Positions 40,297 through 54,169 of a DNA stretch of 64,000 nt are shown here, one piece after another (within the stretch, counting starts at the first letter, position 1; the number at the start of each line of letters is the position of its first letter). The notes under the pieces are model-generated. The model worked only from the letters and a program-made list of their open reading frames with translations. It made no database searches and was not told where the DNA came from. Origin of the DNA: Eledone cirrhosa (lineage: Eukaryota). The stretch covers positions 98,704,001-98,768,000 of the forward strand of contig OZ024745.1 in assembly GCA_964016885.1 (NCBI GenBank), written 5' to 3'. The position numbers and the translations under genes are program-made.

Positions 40297-40989
40297 CGAG
40301 GGGGGATCAAAAAGTATGCAGAATTTTTCAGAAAATAATCTATTTTTCCAAAAATATGATTTACCTTCAATTTATATTTCTACATAGTTGCCATCCACTT
40401 CAAAGGGTAATGCTTCCAGCTTCGTAAGCCGTCACTAAAGAAAGCTCAAGGCCTTCTTCGAAGCCATGTGTTGGCAATGTTTTTAGCTTCTTCAACACCA
40501 CTAAAACGGGTTCCTTTTAGCATTTCTTTGAATTTTGGAAAGAGGAAAAAGTCTGATGGGGCTAAATCTGAACTATAAGGTGGGTGAGGAAGCACTTCCC
40601 ATCGAAATATTCGAAGAACTCCTTTCGCAACCCGAGCAGAATGCGCTGCTGTAATGTTATGGTGAAACAAGATCCCACCATGAAGTTTCCCTTTTCGTTT
40701 CTTGACTAATGCCTCTTTCAGCTTCCTTAAAACATTTGCATAGTAAGCTTCTGTCACAGTTCTTTGACCTTCAAGATAATCTATTAGTATCACCCCATCT
40801 GAATCCCAGAAAATGGTGGCCATCACTTTTTGATCCGACTTTTGAGATTTGAACTTGATTGGCCCCGATGATTCACATGGAAGCCACTGTTTTGACTGCT
40901 GTTTGGATTCAAGATCATACCGGTAGATCCAGGTTTCATCTACGCTGATGATTCTTGTCAGGAAATGCTCTTCATCAACATCAATTTTG
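40297..40989 (-). mobile_element. Mariner 3' half inside the satellite
   Basis: TA (40295-96) followed by TIR CGAGGGGGGATCAAAAAG. Translation gives DETWIY...MATIFWDSDGVILIDYL...LFHH...HPPYSSDLAPSDFFLF. Confidence 0.93.
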
Positions 40990-43900
40990 TACAGTGTATG
41001 TTACAGCACAGTGTATGTTACAGTACAATGTATGTTACAGTACAGTGTATGTTACAGTACAATGTATGTTACAGCACAGTGTATGTTACAGTACAATGTA
41101 TGTTACAGTACAGTGTATGTTACAGTACAGTGTATGTTACAGTTCAGTGTATGTTACAGTACAGTGTATGTTACAGTATATATTACAGTATATGTTACTG
41201 CGTATGTTACATCACAGTATATGTTACAGTACAGTGTATGTTACAGTGCAGTGTATGTTACAGTGCAGTGTATGTTACAGTACAGTGTATGTTACAGTAT
41301 GGTATATGTTACAGTACAGTATATGTTACAGTACAGTTTATGTTGCAGTACAGTACATTTTACAGTACAGTGTATGTTACAGTACAGTGTATGTTACAGT
41401 AGAGTATATGTTACAGTACAGTTTATGTTACAGTACAGTGTATGTTACAGTACAGTATATGTTACAGAACAGTATATGTTACAGTACAGTGTATGTTACA
41501 GTACGGTATATGTTACAGTACAGTATATGTTACAGTACAGTATATGTTACAGTACAGTATATGTTACAGTAGAGTATACGTTACAGTAGAGTATATGTTA
41601 CAGTACAGTGTATGTTATAGTACAGTGTATGTTACAGTACAGTGTATGTTACAGTAGAGTGTATGTTACATTACAGTATGTTACATTACAGTATATGTTA
41701 CAGTACAGTGTATGTTACAGTACAGTGTATGTTACAGTATATGTTACAGTATATGTTACAATACAGTATATGTTACAGTACAGTGTATGTTACTGCACAG
41801 TGTATGTTACAGTACAGTATATGTTACAGTACAGTTTATGTTACAGTACAGTATATGTTACAGTACAGTATGTTACAGTACAGTGTATGTTACAGTATGT
41901 TACAGTACAGTGTATGTTGCAGTATATGTTACAGTACAGTGTATGTTACAGTACAGTTTATGTTACAGAACAGTATATGTTACAGTACAGTGTATGTTAC
42001 AGTAAAATGTATGTTACCGTATATGTTACAGTCCAGTGTATGTTACAGTATATGTTACAGTACAGTATATGTTACAGTACAGTATATGTTACAGTACAGT
42101 TTATGTTGCGGTACAGTGTATGTTACAGTATGTGTTACAATACAGTATATGTTACAGTACAGTGTATGTTACTGCACAGTGTATGTTACAGTACAGTATA
42201 TGTTACAGTACAGTTTATGTTACAGTACAGTATATGTTACAGTATGTTACAGTACAGTGTATGTTGCAGTATATGTTACAGTACAGTGTATGTTACAGTA
42301 CAGTTTATGTTACAGTACAATGTATGTTACAGTATATGTTACAGTCCAGTGTATGTTACAGTATATGTTACAGTACAGTTTATGTTGCGGTACAGTATTT
42401 ATTACAATACAGTATATGTTACATTACAGTGTATGTTACAGTAGAGTATATGTTACAGTACAGTATATGTTACAATATAGTGTATGTTACAGTACAGTAT
42501 ATGTTACAGTACAGTATATGTTACAATACAGTGTATGTTACAGTACAGTATATGTTACAATACAGTGTATGTTACAGTACAGTGTATGTTACAGTACAGT
42601 ATATGTTACAGTACAGTATATATTACAGTACAGGGTATGTTACAGTGCAGTGTATGTTACAGTACAGTGTATGTTACAGTATGGTATATGTTACAGTACA
42701 GTATATGTTACAGTACAGTTTATGTTGCAGTACAGTACATTTTACAGTACTGTGTATGTTACAGTACAGTGTATGTTACAGTAGAGTATATGTTACAGTA
42801 CAGTTTATGTTACAGTACAGTGTATGTTACAGTACAGTACATGTTACAATATATGTTACAGTACAGTATATGTTACAGTACAGTGTGTTACAGTATATGT
42901 TACAGTACAGTATATGTTACAGTATATGTTACGGTATAGTGTATGTTGCAGTATATGTTACAGTGTATGTTACAGTACACTATATCTTATAGTACAGTAT
43001 ATGTTACTGTACAGTGTATGTTACAGTAGAGTACATGTTACAGTACAGTGTATGTTACAGTACAGTATATGTTATAGTATATATTACAGTACAGTGTATG
43101 TTACAGTACAGAATATGTTATAGTATATATTACAGTACAGTATATGTTACCGTACAGTGTATGTTACAGTACAGTGTATGTTACAGTACAGTATATGTTA
43201 CAGTACAGTGTATGTTACAGTACAGTATCTGTTACAGTACAGTGTCTGTTACAGTACAGTATCTGTTACAGTACAGTGTATGTTACAGTACAGTGTATGT
43301 TACAGACAGTGTATGTTACAGTACAGTATATGTTACCTTACAGAGTATGTTACAGACAGTATATATTACAGTACAGTGTATGTTACAGTACAGTATCTGT
43401 TACAGTACAGTATATGTTACAGTACAGTATATGTTACAGTACAGTGTATGTTACAGTACAGTGTATGTTACAGACAGTGTATGTTACAGTACAGTATATG
43501 TTACCTTACAGAGTATGTTACAGACAGTATATATTACAGTACAGTATATATTATAGTACAGTGTATGTTACAGTACAGTATATGTTACAGTACAGTGTAT
43601 GTTACAGTACAGTATATGTTACAGACAGTATATGTTACAGTAAAGTATATGTTACAGTACAGTACATGTTACAGTACAGTGTATGTTATAAACAGTATAT
43701 ATTACAGTACAGTGTATGTTACAGTACAGTGTATGTTACAGTACAGTGTATGTTACAGTACAGTGTATGTTACAGTACATTATATGTTACAGTACAGTGT
43801 ATGTTACAGTACAGTGTACGTTACAGACAGTATATGTTACCGTACAGTATATGTTACAGTAAAGTCTATGTTACAGTACAGTGTATGTTACAATACAGTA

Positions 43901-45741
43901 TATGTTACAGTACAGTGTATGTTACAGTACAGTGTATGTTACAGTACAGTGTATGTTACAGTACAGTATATGTTACAGTACAGTATATGTTACAGTACAG
44001 TGTATGTTACAATACAGTATATGTTACAGTACAGTGTATGTTACAGTACAGTGTATGTTACAGTACAGTATATGTTACAGTACAGTGTATGTTACAATAC
44101 AGTATATGTTACAGTACAGTGTATGTTACAATACAGTATATGTTACAGTACAGTGTATGTTACAATACAGTATATGTTACAGTACAGTGTATGTTACAGT
44201 ACAGTATATGTTACAGTACAGTATATGTTACCGTACAGTATATGTTACAGTAAATCTATGTTACAGTACAGTGTATGTTACAATACAGTATATGTTACAG
44301 TACAGTATATGTTACAATACAGTATATGTTACAGTACAGTATATGTTACAATACAGTATATGTTACAGTACAGTGTATGTTACAATACAGTATATGTTAC
44401 AGTACAGTGTATGTTACAATACAGTAAATGTTACAGTACAGTATATGTTACAGTACAGTGTATGTAACAGTACAGTGTATGTTACAGTACAGTGTATGTT
44501 ACAGTACAGTGTATGTTACAGTACAGTGTATGTTACAATACAGTATATGTTACAGTACAGTATATGTTACAGTACAGTGTATGTTACAGTACAGTGTATG
44601 TTACAGACAGTATATGTTACAGTACAGTATATGTTACAGTACAGTGTATGTTACAGTACAGTGTATGTTATAGTACAGTGTATGTTACAATACAGTATAT
44701 GTTACAGTACAGTATATGTTACAGTACAGTGTATGTTACAGTACAGTGTATGTTACAGTACAGTGTATGTTACAGTATATGTTACCGTACAGTGTATGTT
44801 ACAATACAGTATATGTTACAGTACAGTGTATGTTACAGTACAGTGTATGTTACAATACAGTATATGTTACAGTACAGTGTATGTTACAGTACAGTATATG
44901 TTACAGTACAGTGTATGTTACAATACAGTATATGTTACAGTACAGTATATGTTACAGTACAGTGTATGTTACAGTACAGTGTATGTTACAGTACAGTGTA
45001 TGTTACAGTATATGTTACCGTACAGTGTATGTTACAATACAGTATATGTTACAGTACAGTGTATGTTACAATACAGTATATGTTACAGTACAGTGTATGT
45101 TACAGTACAGTGTATGTTACAGTACAGTATATGTTACAGTACAGTATATGTTACAGTACAGTATATGTTACAGTACAGTGTATGTTACAGTACAGTGTAT
45201 GTTACAGTACAGTGTATGTTACAATACAGTATATGTTACAGTACAGTATATGTTACAGTACTGTGTATGTTACAGTACAGTGTATGTTACAGTACAGTGT
45301 ATGTTACAGTATATGTTACCGTACAGTGTATGTTACAATACAGTATATGTTACAGTACAGTGTATGTTACAGTACAGTGTATGTTACAATACAGTATATG
45401 TTACAGTACAGTGTATGTTACAGTACAGTATATGTTACAGTACAGTGTATGTTACAATACAGTATATGTTACAGTACAGTATATGTTACAGTACAGTGTA
45501 TGTTACAGTACAGTGTATGTTACAGTACAGTGTATGTTACAGTATATGTTACCGTACAGTGTATGTTACAATACAGTATATGTTACAGTACAGTGTATGT
45601 TACAATACAGTATATGTTACAGTACAGTGTATGTTACAGTACAGTGTATGTTACAGTACAGGGTATACTATAAACAAGCAACCGATATTGAAATGTTATA
45701 CCATGTTTTCTATTTAATTCATTTGTTTATCTTAACTGTAG

Positions 45742-45824
45742 AAGAGGAACCCCCAGAGTTTACTATTTGTATTATCAAACCTGATGCTGTGAGGGAAGGC
45801 AAAGTAGATGATATTCTTGCATTG
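45742..45824 (+). CDS. NME8: NME8-like coding exon 6 (start of NDK domain 1)
   Basis: ctgtag|(E)EEPPEFTICIIKPDAVREGKVDDILAL|GTAAGT. Confidence 0.93.
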
Positions 45825-46103
45825 GTAAGTTATCCACCTACTATTATCCATTACACCACTGACCATATTGTCACCTACTATAGGAGTTCCAGTGTATCCT
45901 TCTGCTTGCCACATGTCCACATGTTTTCAGACTTGACGCCACGAAAGCTTATTGTAAATCTCCCCCTCTGCCCACACGCACGCGCGCGCACGCATGCACG
46001 CACGCACGCACACACATATGTCAAAGGTAAACAGAAATAACAGAATCGGGACAGTATATGGATGGAATATATTAGTTTAACGCTCGATATAGCAGGAAGA
46101 GGG

Positions 46104-46139
46104 TCTTAACGTTTCGGATGCTTGTCCTTCATCAGAAGA
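46104..46139 (-). ncRNA. Minimal type I hammerhead ribozyme
   Basis: Minus strand reads TCTT-CTGATGA-aGGA caagca TCC-GAAA-CG-TT-AAGA. The AACGTT palindrome replaces stem III. Confidence 0.65.
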
Positions 46140-46680
46140 AAGAATGAGAAATAAGATAGTTTAAAGGTTCGGGCGGGTTGGAATTGGAAAAAATGATGGT
46201 GTTGGAATATATATATATATTTATTGATTAATATCTACTGATCAGGTCCAGGTTCGTCTTTAACCTGTCTGTATTTTTCGTTGTTGTAATATTAATGTGG
46301 CAACATGCCTATGGTAGCATTGTTCATGGTGTCACTATTACCTAACTTATTGTGTTCACTCTGAGGAGAAATTTATTAATTACTTTATCATTGAATGCTT
46401 TGTAACAGTCTTTGAAAATCAATCAGATACAAATCTGCTACTTGCAGCTGCAACTTCATTTATATTCATTACACACACACGCACGCACGCACGCACGCAC
46501 GCATGCGCACACACATCATCGTTTAACGTCCATCTTCCATGCTAGCATGGGTTAGACGGGAGTTGTGCCACTTGAGGCAAGGTTGGTCGGGTGACCGTGT
46601 CTCGCTCATATAGGACTATCTGGCAGGTTTTCTACGGCTGGATGCCCTTCCTAACACCAACCACATTTCCAGTGTGGAAC

Positions 46681-46725
<45 letters not shown>

Positions 46726-46896
46726 AAATGTTCGCTCTACATGGCTGAATACAATAAATGTAATCTGAGTTTTTCGAATATTAATAATAACATTCGATTC
46801 GTTTGCAATTATGCAAACGAGCCTCAATTTTATAGCCATGTCAGTAGAATGAACACTTCATTCTTGCTCTTGTGTTGGCATGCGAACAGAACTGCA

Positions 46897-46934
46897 GACA
46901 CTAATGTTTCTGGATATCACCCTTCATCAGTACA
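46897..46934 (-). ncRNA. Decayed hammerhead-like motif
   Basis: Minus strand reads CTGATGA-aGGG tgata TCCa-GAAA-CATT. Stem I is poor. Confidence 0.35.
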
Positions 46935-48359
46935 GCTCACTGTATTGGCTCCTAGGTGTGCTAGAAATAGCAGCTACATCAGCTAAACAGGGGGAAACTT
47001 ATGGTGATCGATAGGTGTGCTAGATATACCATCTATGTAGGAACACTGAAAGTTAGATCAAGTGAGATTGTGTGTGTTCCTGCTGTGAGCCCGGTGCCCA
47101 TATTGCAGTCCCGCACCTACCCTTCCTCATAGCAGCAGCATCCAGTATCGAGCCCCTTAACTATGGTTACGCTGTGTGGTGAGTTGGGCGTGGCTGCTGG
47201 CCTGTCCCTCCTCATGGTGGTGCTATCCAATGCTGGGCCACAAAACTATGGCTATGCTGTGAGTTGGGTTAAGCTCCTCATATTGGTGCCATCCTGTACC
47301 GGGCTTCAAAACTATGGTTCCACTGTGTGATGGGTTGGGCTCCGAAAACATGGTTCCGTTGTGAGACAGGTTCGGCACAGCCAACTGGCCTGTCCCTCCT
47401 CATAACATAGCTATCCAGTTCCACACAGTAAACATGGTTGGTGTTAGGAAGGGCATCCATCTGTAAAATACCCAACCAAATTTACACTCCCCTTGGAGGA
47501 TGATGTGACACATGGCCAACCCTGACCAAACTTGCCTTCTAGTTTGGATGTCTCATCTAACCCATGCAAGCATGGAAAAATTGAGGTTAAACAGAAATGA
47601 TGATGATGATGATGATGATGATGGTGACACACACATATATATATATATATATATCTAAAAGAAATTAGGTGTGTTTAGACAGGGGATAAGTTTTGCCAAG
47701 AACAAGACATGCCCTGTATCATTACGACGCACATACAACTCCATCAGGAGTTTTGGTTACATACATACACACACACACACACACATACATACACACACAC
47801 ATACATACACGCATATACATACATACATACATACATACAGATATGTTTGCCGGCGTTACACCAGGATGGAAGTATTTTGCCTGTGACATATCAACATACC
47901 AACATAACCACTTCACCTAATTGTTAACATCTGATGATGTCACACCACTTCCAGTTACTGATGTAACCATTACATAACAACTACCCACCATGTTGTTGAA
48001 ATATGTATAATATAATAAATACAATTATATAAACATAACATCTGTCTTAATGTTATTTCATATAAATAAACTGAGAATAATTGTTATAATTTGCCATCAG
48101 GTGGTGAACAACTTAACTCTAAACTTACTGTAATGATTTAACAGAAAATATCTAGCAACAGGTTTGTTAATTCAAATGTTTATAGTATCTTTACTAGTGC
48201 ACAGATCATTGTGAAATTTTGCAGTATTAGAGTAAAGACTTTAATTTTTAATATGATACAATCATAGTGCTGTTTTGTACTTTTTCAAGTATGTTTTGCT
48301 AGCGTTGTTTCCTGTGGTACAGGATGTTAAGAATTAACATCTCTATAGGGTAATGGTAT

Positions 48360-48608
48360 TGTTATTATTAAAACCACTACCAACACCACCACAGTCACCA
48401 CCATGACCACCATGTCCACTGTAATCATCACCACCAACACCACCACCTCCGCTGCCACCACCACCACTACTACCCCACCACCACTACAGCTACCTTTACC
48501 ACTGCTGCCACCACAACAACCATCACTACTATTACTGCTACCGTCACCACCACCACCACCACCACCACCACCACCACCACCAACACCATCACCATCACCA
48601 CCATCACT
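48360..48608. repeat. (CCA)n-rich trinucleotide tract
   Basis: Directly visible. Confidence 0.9.
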
Positions 48609-48676
48609 TTTATGCACTTTTTCTTTTTCCTTTTGGATATATTGGGAATCTCACCTTAAAATCCTCCAATTTCCAG

Positions 48677-48769
48677 ATGCAATTGGAAGGGATTACAGTT
48701 ATGGCCAATGAGAAAAAAGTACTTTCAGAAGACACTGCCAGAGAGTTCTACAGTCATTTATCAAATGAG
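48677..48769 (+). CDS. NME8: NME8-like coding exon 7
   Basis: ttccag|MQLEGITVMANEKKVLSEDTAREFYSHLSNE|GTGAGA. Confidence 0.93.
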
Positions 48770-49694
48770 GTGAGAGAAATATCGGTTCCATGTTTTTTTC
48801 AAACAGTAAAAAAAGAAAAAGTGATGTAATGTTATTAGCCTTGACTGGCTTTGTGAACATTCATCATCATCATATGTCCACTTCCTTGGCTAGCATGATT
48901 TCGACAAGTCATCATGGTGTGAAACTATGTTGGTCAGAGAACCACATCACGCTCACATGTTACATTTTTGGCATGGTTTCTATAGTTAGAAGCGCTTCCT
49001 AACACCAACCTCTTTACAAAGTGTAGCAGGTGCTTTTTTATTATAGCACCAGCATGACAGAGGTTGTTATGTCCTCGGCAGGACTAGGTACCTAGTGCAC
49101 TAGGTACAATTTATCATGGCGCTAGCACAAGGGAGTTTGCCTTAAGAGTTGTAAGACTATAGGGTCCTCACCACCCTATGCTGTCTCTATTTAGTGAAAA
49201 CATCATGACCCAGCAAGTAAATAAATGGGAGAGAGCATTCTTGATGTAAAAAAAATAAATCAATAAAAAAAGATAAAAGGAAAAATAATTGTTTCTGCTT
49301 TTGGCACAAGGCCAGCAATTATCCCAGTACATTACTGGTACTTTATTTTATCGACCCCGTAAGGATGAAAGGCAAAGTTAACCTCGGTGGGATTTGAACT
49401 CAGATCGTAAAGGGCCGTAACTCTATGCTGCAAAGCATGGCGTCCGACCCCTCTACCGATACTGCCAATCTACCGGGAAAAATAATGGAATAGAGTAATG
49501 TTGCTGCTTAACAGGTAAGTTTAGTAGAAGAGAAATAATTATTGATTACATTGATCCATTGGTATCTACCTATGATTTGTCTACCTTTATTTATCAAGAT
49601 CTGTACAAAATCTACAAGATGGTTAAGAAGAGCATTTTGCTCCATTGAAAATATGTTGAAGTAGGTGTGACCATTATGTTCCCTTCTTTTGCAG

Positions 49695-49849
49695 CCATTC
49701 TATGAGGACTACATTGAATTCATGGCTAGTGGCCCCAGTCATATATTAATACTAAGTAAGGAAATTAGTGAAAAAGGAATCATCTCAGAATGGAAAGAAA
49801 AATTGGGATCTGCCTTAGTTGAAGATGCTAGACAGATTTCTCCTGAAAG
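49695..49849 (+). CDS. NME8: NME8-like coding exon 8
   Basis: ttgcag|PFYEDYIEFMASGPSHILILSKEISEKGIISEWKEKLGSALVEDARQISPE+AG|GTCAAA. Confidence 0.92.
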
Positions 49850-49851
49850 GT

Positions 49852-49896
<45 letters not shown>

Positions 49897-50399
49897 GACA
49901 CGCGTACATACAGACACACACATATCCCAGGTGGAAATATTTTGCATATCTTGAACATATACAAACATGTACACTTACATATGCAGACAGATGCTTTCTC
50001 AAATACACTATATACACACATGCATAACCACATAAATACATAAAATATACACAGGCATAAATACATCATACATGATTATCATTTTTACTTCCTCTTTTCC
50101 ATGCTGGCATGGGTTGGACAGGGTGTTTAGAGACAATATTTTACAACCAGATGCCTTTCCTGATGCCAACTCTTTTAGACATTGCTTACAGCACACAGGG
50201 ATGTGATGTACCTATTCTGAAAACTGGAAAACACGCAGGAATAAAAACATAATATAATATACACACAGGAATATATACACAAATTATATTCACAGGAATA
50301 AATACATATATACAGGAATACACACTATATAATATACATAGGTATATATACACACTATAATATATACAGGTATAAATACACACTGTACACAGGAATATA

Positions 50400-51190
50400 C
50401 GAGGTGTATCAGAAAAGAAAGAGGACTGGGGCTGCAACAAACTACAAGTTTTCCCCTTTGAAATAAACCCCCTTGAGTCTAATGTACTTTCTCATCTTTC
50501 TTCGCCATGTCTCCATGCACTCCTGGATGGATTCTCCTGGGATTCTCTGCAACTCCGTCATCACGGCCCTCTTGATGGTCTCAGAGTCATACTCAAAGAT
50601 CCATGACTAATCAACAGTGATAACTCTCCCCCAGCAAGTTTGGTTTGGTTTCAAGATGTTTGAGGATGTCCTGACACACCTGCATATGCTGCTCTTTCTG
50701 GTCATTGTTCACCAGCTTTGGCTCCATCTACATGCAGATCATCTGCATGCCCATTCTTCAGTTAATCTTCCAAATGTTGTTGCAGTTCATGCTGCTTCAC
50801 ATGCTCAATGTTGGCCTCCATCCTGCTCATTGAAGACCTTTCCTTTCTGGGGTTGCCTTTGAACCTTTTGTGACACTCAAAAACCTGTGAATATGACATC
50901 GTCTCATCTCCATACATTTGCTGCAGTATTCCGAGTGCTTCTGACAGTTTTTCACAGCCGGACCAGAAAATTCAGGTTGGTTTGTTGCTCTGTGCTCATT
51001 GCTTGATGGCCTAATATTGAAGAGTTGTTAACAAAAGCATGTGAAAAAACATACAATGGCTGCAGAGGGCTGAAATCACAGTTATATACTCCCCAGATAT
51101 GACATCATATGGTAATGCAACCTGCTAATCCCTACCCAACTCATAGCTCACACAGCACACTAAGGCCTGTTACTTTTCTGATACACCTTG
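50400..51190 (-). mobile_element. Internally deleted mariner with both TIRs
   Basis: TA-CGAGGTGTATCAGAAAAG ... CTTTTCTGATACACCTTG-TA. Orientation is inferred from weak transposase remnants. Confidence 0.8.
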
Positions 51191-51277
51191 TACAAACACT
51201 GTACACAGGAATATATACACACTATATAAACAGATGAAAGTGAATCTTTACATTAATCCCTCCTTTCCTATTTATAG

Positions 51278-51352
51278 CTGGCGTGCCAAATTTGGATCTT
51301 CGGGCTACATGAATGCTTTACATGCCAGTGATAATGAAGAATCAGCTGCGAG
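51278..51352 (+). CDS. NME8: NME8-like coding exon 9 (NDK1 catalytic His)
   Basis: ttatag|(S)WRAKFGSSGYMNALHASDNEESAA(R)|GTAAAT. Confidence 0.93.
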
Positions 51353-52105
51353 GTAAATATATTTACAATTTTAGAACATTCTAGTGGAAAATTTTAATTA
51401 AATTAATGTTGTTGTTTGTGGTGGATGTGGTGAGGATGGTATTGATTGCATATATGGAGGTGATATGTTGCTATTGTTGTGGTTGTTTATCCCCAGATTA
51501 GCCCTATTGAGAAAATCTGTGTATCCTTCCTCTTCAACCCTTTTTGCTACTATATTTCTAATAAAATACTCTGTCTATATATTTCAATTAATTTTGAAAA
51601 TAATAATAAAAAGAAAAACTATTATTTTATCGACCCCGTAGGGAAATTAACTTTGCCTTTCATCCTTACGGGGGCGATAAAATAAAGTACCAGTAATGCA
51701 CTGGGGTAATTGTTAGCCTTGTACCAAAAGTAGAAACAATTATTATAGAACACCTCTTTCGATTTCAGTGGAAAAACATTTTTTTTGTTCAGTGGGAAAA
51801 AAAAAATTTCCCTTTTTTTCTTATTTTTTTTCGTGTGCTATCAACTAATCTGACCTCCAGAAAAATGGAGGAGTCGGGTGGGTGTCCCTGCAAATCACCC
51901 CCCCCCCCCCTTCCCTGATCATGGTTTTCCCTAGGATTTGTTTTGTATGTTATTAACTAATAGGACCTTCAAATCATTTGGAAACAACTAGCTTAATTTA
52001 TGTGACATAATATATAATGACATATCACACTTTATCACATTCCTACCATTAAGTTTTATTTATTTATATATTTAAATTTCAATAATTTTTTCCTTCTTAT
52101 TTCAG

Positions 52106-52218
52106 AGAACTTGGGTTCTTCTTTCCTAACATGTATAACGCGTTGGTTAGGAGAACAAGTTTGAATCTTGAAAGGACCCTTGCTATTATTCGGCCAGATG
52201 CCTATGCATTGTACAGCG
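52106..52218 (+). CDS. NME8: NME8-like coding exon 10 (end of NDK1, start of NDK2)
   Basis: tttcag|ELGFFFPNMYNALVRRTSLNLERTLAIIRPDAYALYS+G|GTATTG. Confidence 0.92.
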
Positions 52219-52849
52219 GTATTGTTACCTGTTCTTCTCTTACCTTTGCAAGTTTCTTCTATTGTAGCCTTGGACTAACCAATAACTTGTATGTGAATTT
52301 GGTAGACAGAAACTGTAAAACAAGCCAGTTGCCATCATCATCATCATCACCGTTAAACGTCCATTTTTCCACGCTAGCATGGGTTAGACGAATTATTCCA
52401 TTGTGAACAATGCTAGGTCAGGTGGCCATGTCATGCTCATACAGAACCAATTTTGGCTTGGTTTCTACAGCTAGATGCCCTTCCTAGCACCAACCTCCTT
52501 TGCAGTGAGTACTGGACACTGTTTGTCATGTCACCATCAGAGCCACTTTACAGTGTGGGCTGGAGGCTTCACTGGATGTATACTTCAGTTTGTTCTCACG
52601 GGAGTGGGTGGGATGGTGCATATTATACATATGTGTAAATATATATATATATATATATATGTATGTGTATATATATATGTATGTGTATATATATATGTAT
52701 ATATATGTATGTGTATATTAGTGGCGAAGGGTAACCTGGCAAGCAGGGCATGCAGTCCAATCGCCATGGCAGAAAGTGAGGCTGTGCAGCCTAACCCCCC
52801 CCCCCGAATTCACTCTAAATAACCCTCCCGGTCAAAGCCGCATGTAGTG

Positions 52850-52977
52850 TTATCTGATGTGTGTGTGTGTTATCTGATGTGTGTGTGTGTTATCTTTTTA
52901 TGTGTCTATGATTTAGCAAGCAGCCAAAATTCTGCTTGCTTCAACCGACGCTCTCGTGTGTTTGTGTGTATGTGTGT

Positions 52978-53040
<63 letters not shown>

Positions 53041-53375
53041 CTTTTTATGTGTCTATGATTTAGCAAGCAGCCAAAATTCTGCTTGCTTCAACCGACGCTC
53101 TCGTGTGTGTGTGTGTGTGTGTTTGTGTGTGTTTGTGTGTGTTATCTTTTTATGTGTCTATGATTTAGCAAGCAGCCAAAATTCTGCTTGCTTCAACCGA
53201 CGCTCTCGTGTGTGTGTGTGTGTTTGTGTGTGTTATCTTTTTACGTGTCTAGGATTTAGTAAGCAGTCAAAATTCTGCTTGCCCCAAAGCTGTCGTGTGT
53301 TTGTGTGTGTGTTAACTTTTTTTGTGTCTATACGTTTTAGCAAGCAGCCAAAATTCTGCTTGCTTCAACCGACGC
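52850..53375. repeat. Compound repeat: ~65-bp unit x5 separated by variable (TG)n
   Basis: gttatctttttatgtgtctatgatttagcaagcagccaaaattctgcttgcttcaaccgacg. Confidence 0.9.
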
Positions 53376-53454
53376 AATTGATCAACTCAAGATTCTATAA
53401 CGCATGCATGCACCCTTCGCCCCTGGTGTCTATGTATGTGTCTGTATATATATT

Positions 53455-53680
53455 GTGAAGGCGTGTGGCTGAGTGGTTAGAGAATTGGATTTTTCGCAAT
53501 CGTGAGATTGGGAGTTCGATTCCTGGACCAGGCGATGCATTATGTCCTTGAGCAAGACACTTTATTTCACGTTGCTCCTTCTACCTGGAGTTGCGACCGA
53601 TAGATAGTATTAGCAACTGGAAGGACCAATGGAAACATTGTTTTCTCGGTCCAATTTGACGAAAGTCAATCGTTCCTGAT
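53455..53680 (+). mobile_element. tRNA-headed SINE
   Basis: tggctgagtggttagag ... ggagttcgattcc ... ccttgagcaagacac. Confidence 0.85.
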
Positions 53681-53778
53681 CTATATATATGTATGTGTAT
53701 GTATATATGTGTATGTATATATATATGTATGTGTTTGTATATATATATATGTACGTGTATGTATATATATATATGTAA

Positions 53779-53829
<51 letters not shown>

Positions 53830-53987
53830 CATATGTATGTGTATATATATATATGTATGTGTATATATATATATATATATGTATGTGTATATATATGTAT
53901 ATATATATATATATGTATGTGTATATATATATATATATATATACATATGTATGTATATATATGTATATATATATATGTATATATATG

Positions 53988-54029
<42 letters not shown>

Positions 54030-54169
54030 TGTATGTATATATATGTATATATATATATGTATGTGTATATATATATATATATATATACATATGTATGTAT
54101 ATATATGTACGTATATATATATATATGTATGTATGTATATGTATGTATGTATATATCTATATGTAACAT

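Larger units (their letters stand above)
30598..45662. repeat. ~15-kb satellite, 17-bp unit GTTACAGTACAGT[G/A]TAT with 12- and 15-bp variants
   Basis: Directly visible. It accounts for all the YVTVQ/MLQYS ORFs and fills the intron between coding exons 5 and 6. Confidence 0.98.

Noticed and set aside
30606-46040. Dozens of long ORFs (up to 719 aa) of YVTVQ/MLQYS repeats
   Set aside because: These are translations of the 17-bp satellite, open in all three frames. Only 45742-45824 is a real exon.
47925-48015. Hammerhead-like pieces (CTGATGA; aacaac...gttgtt-GAAA-TATG-TA)
   Set aside because: The core halves are not correctly spaced around the stem, so it is too decayed to call.
48327-48711. 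Gly-rich and Pro/Thr-rich ORFs
   Set aside because: These are translations of the (CCA)n tract. The real exon 7 is in another frame.
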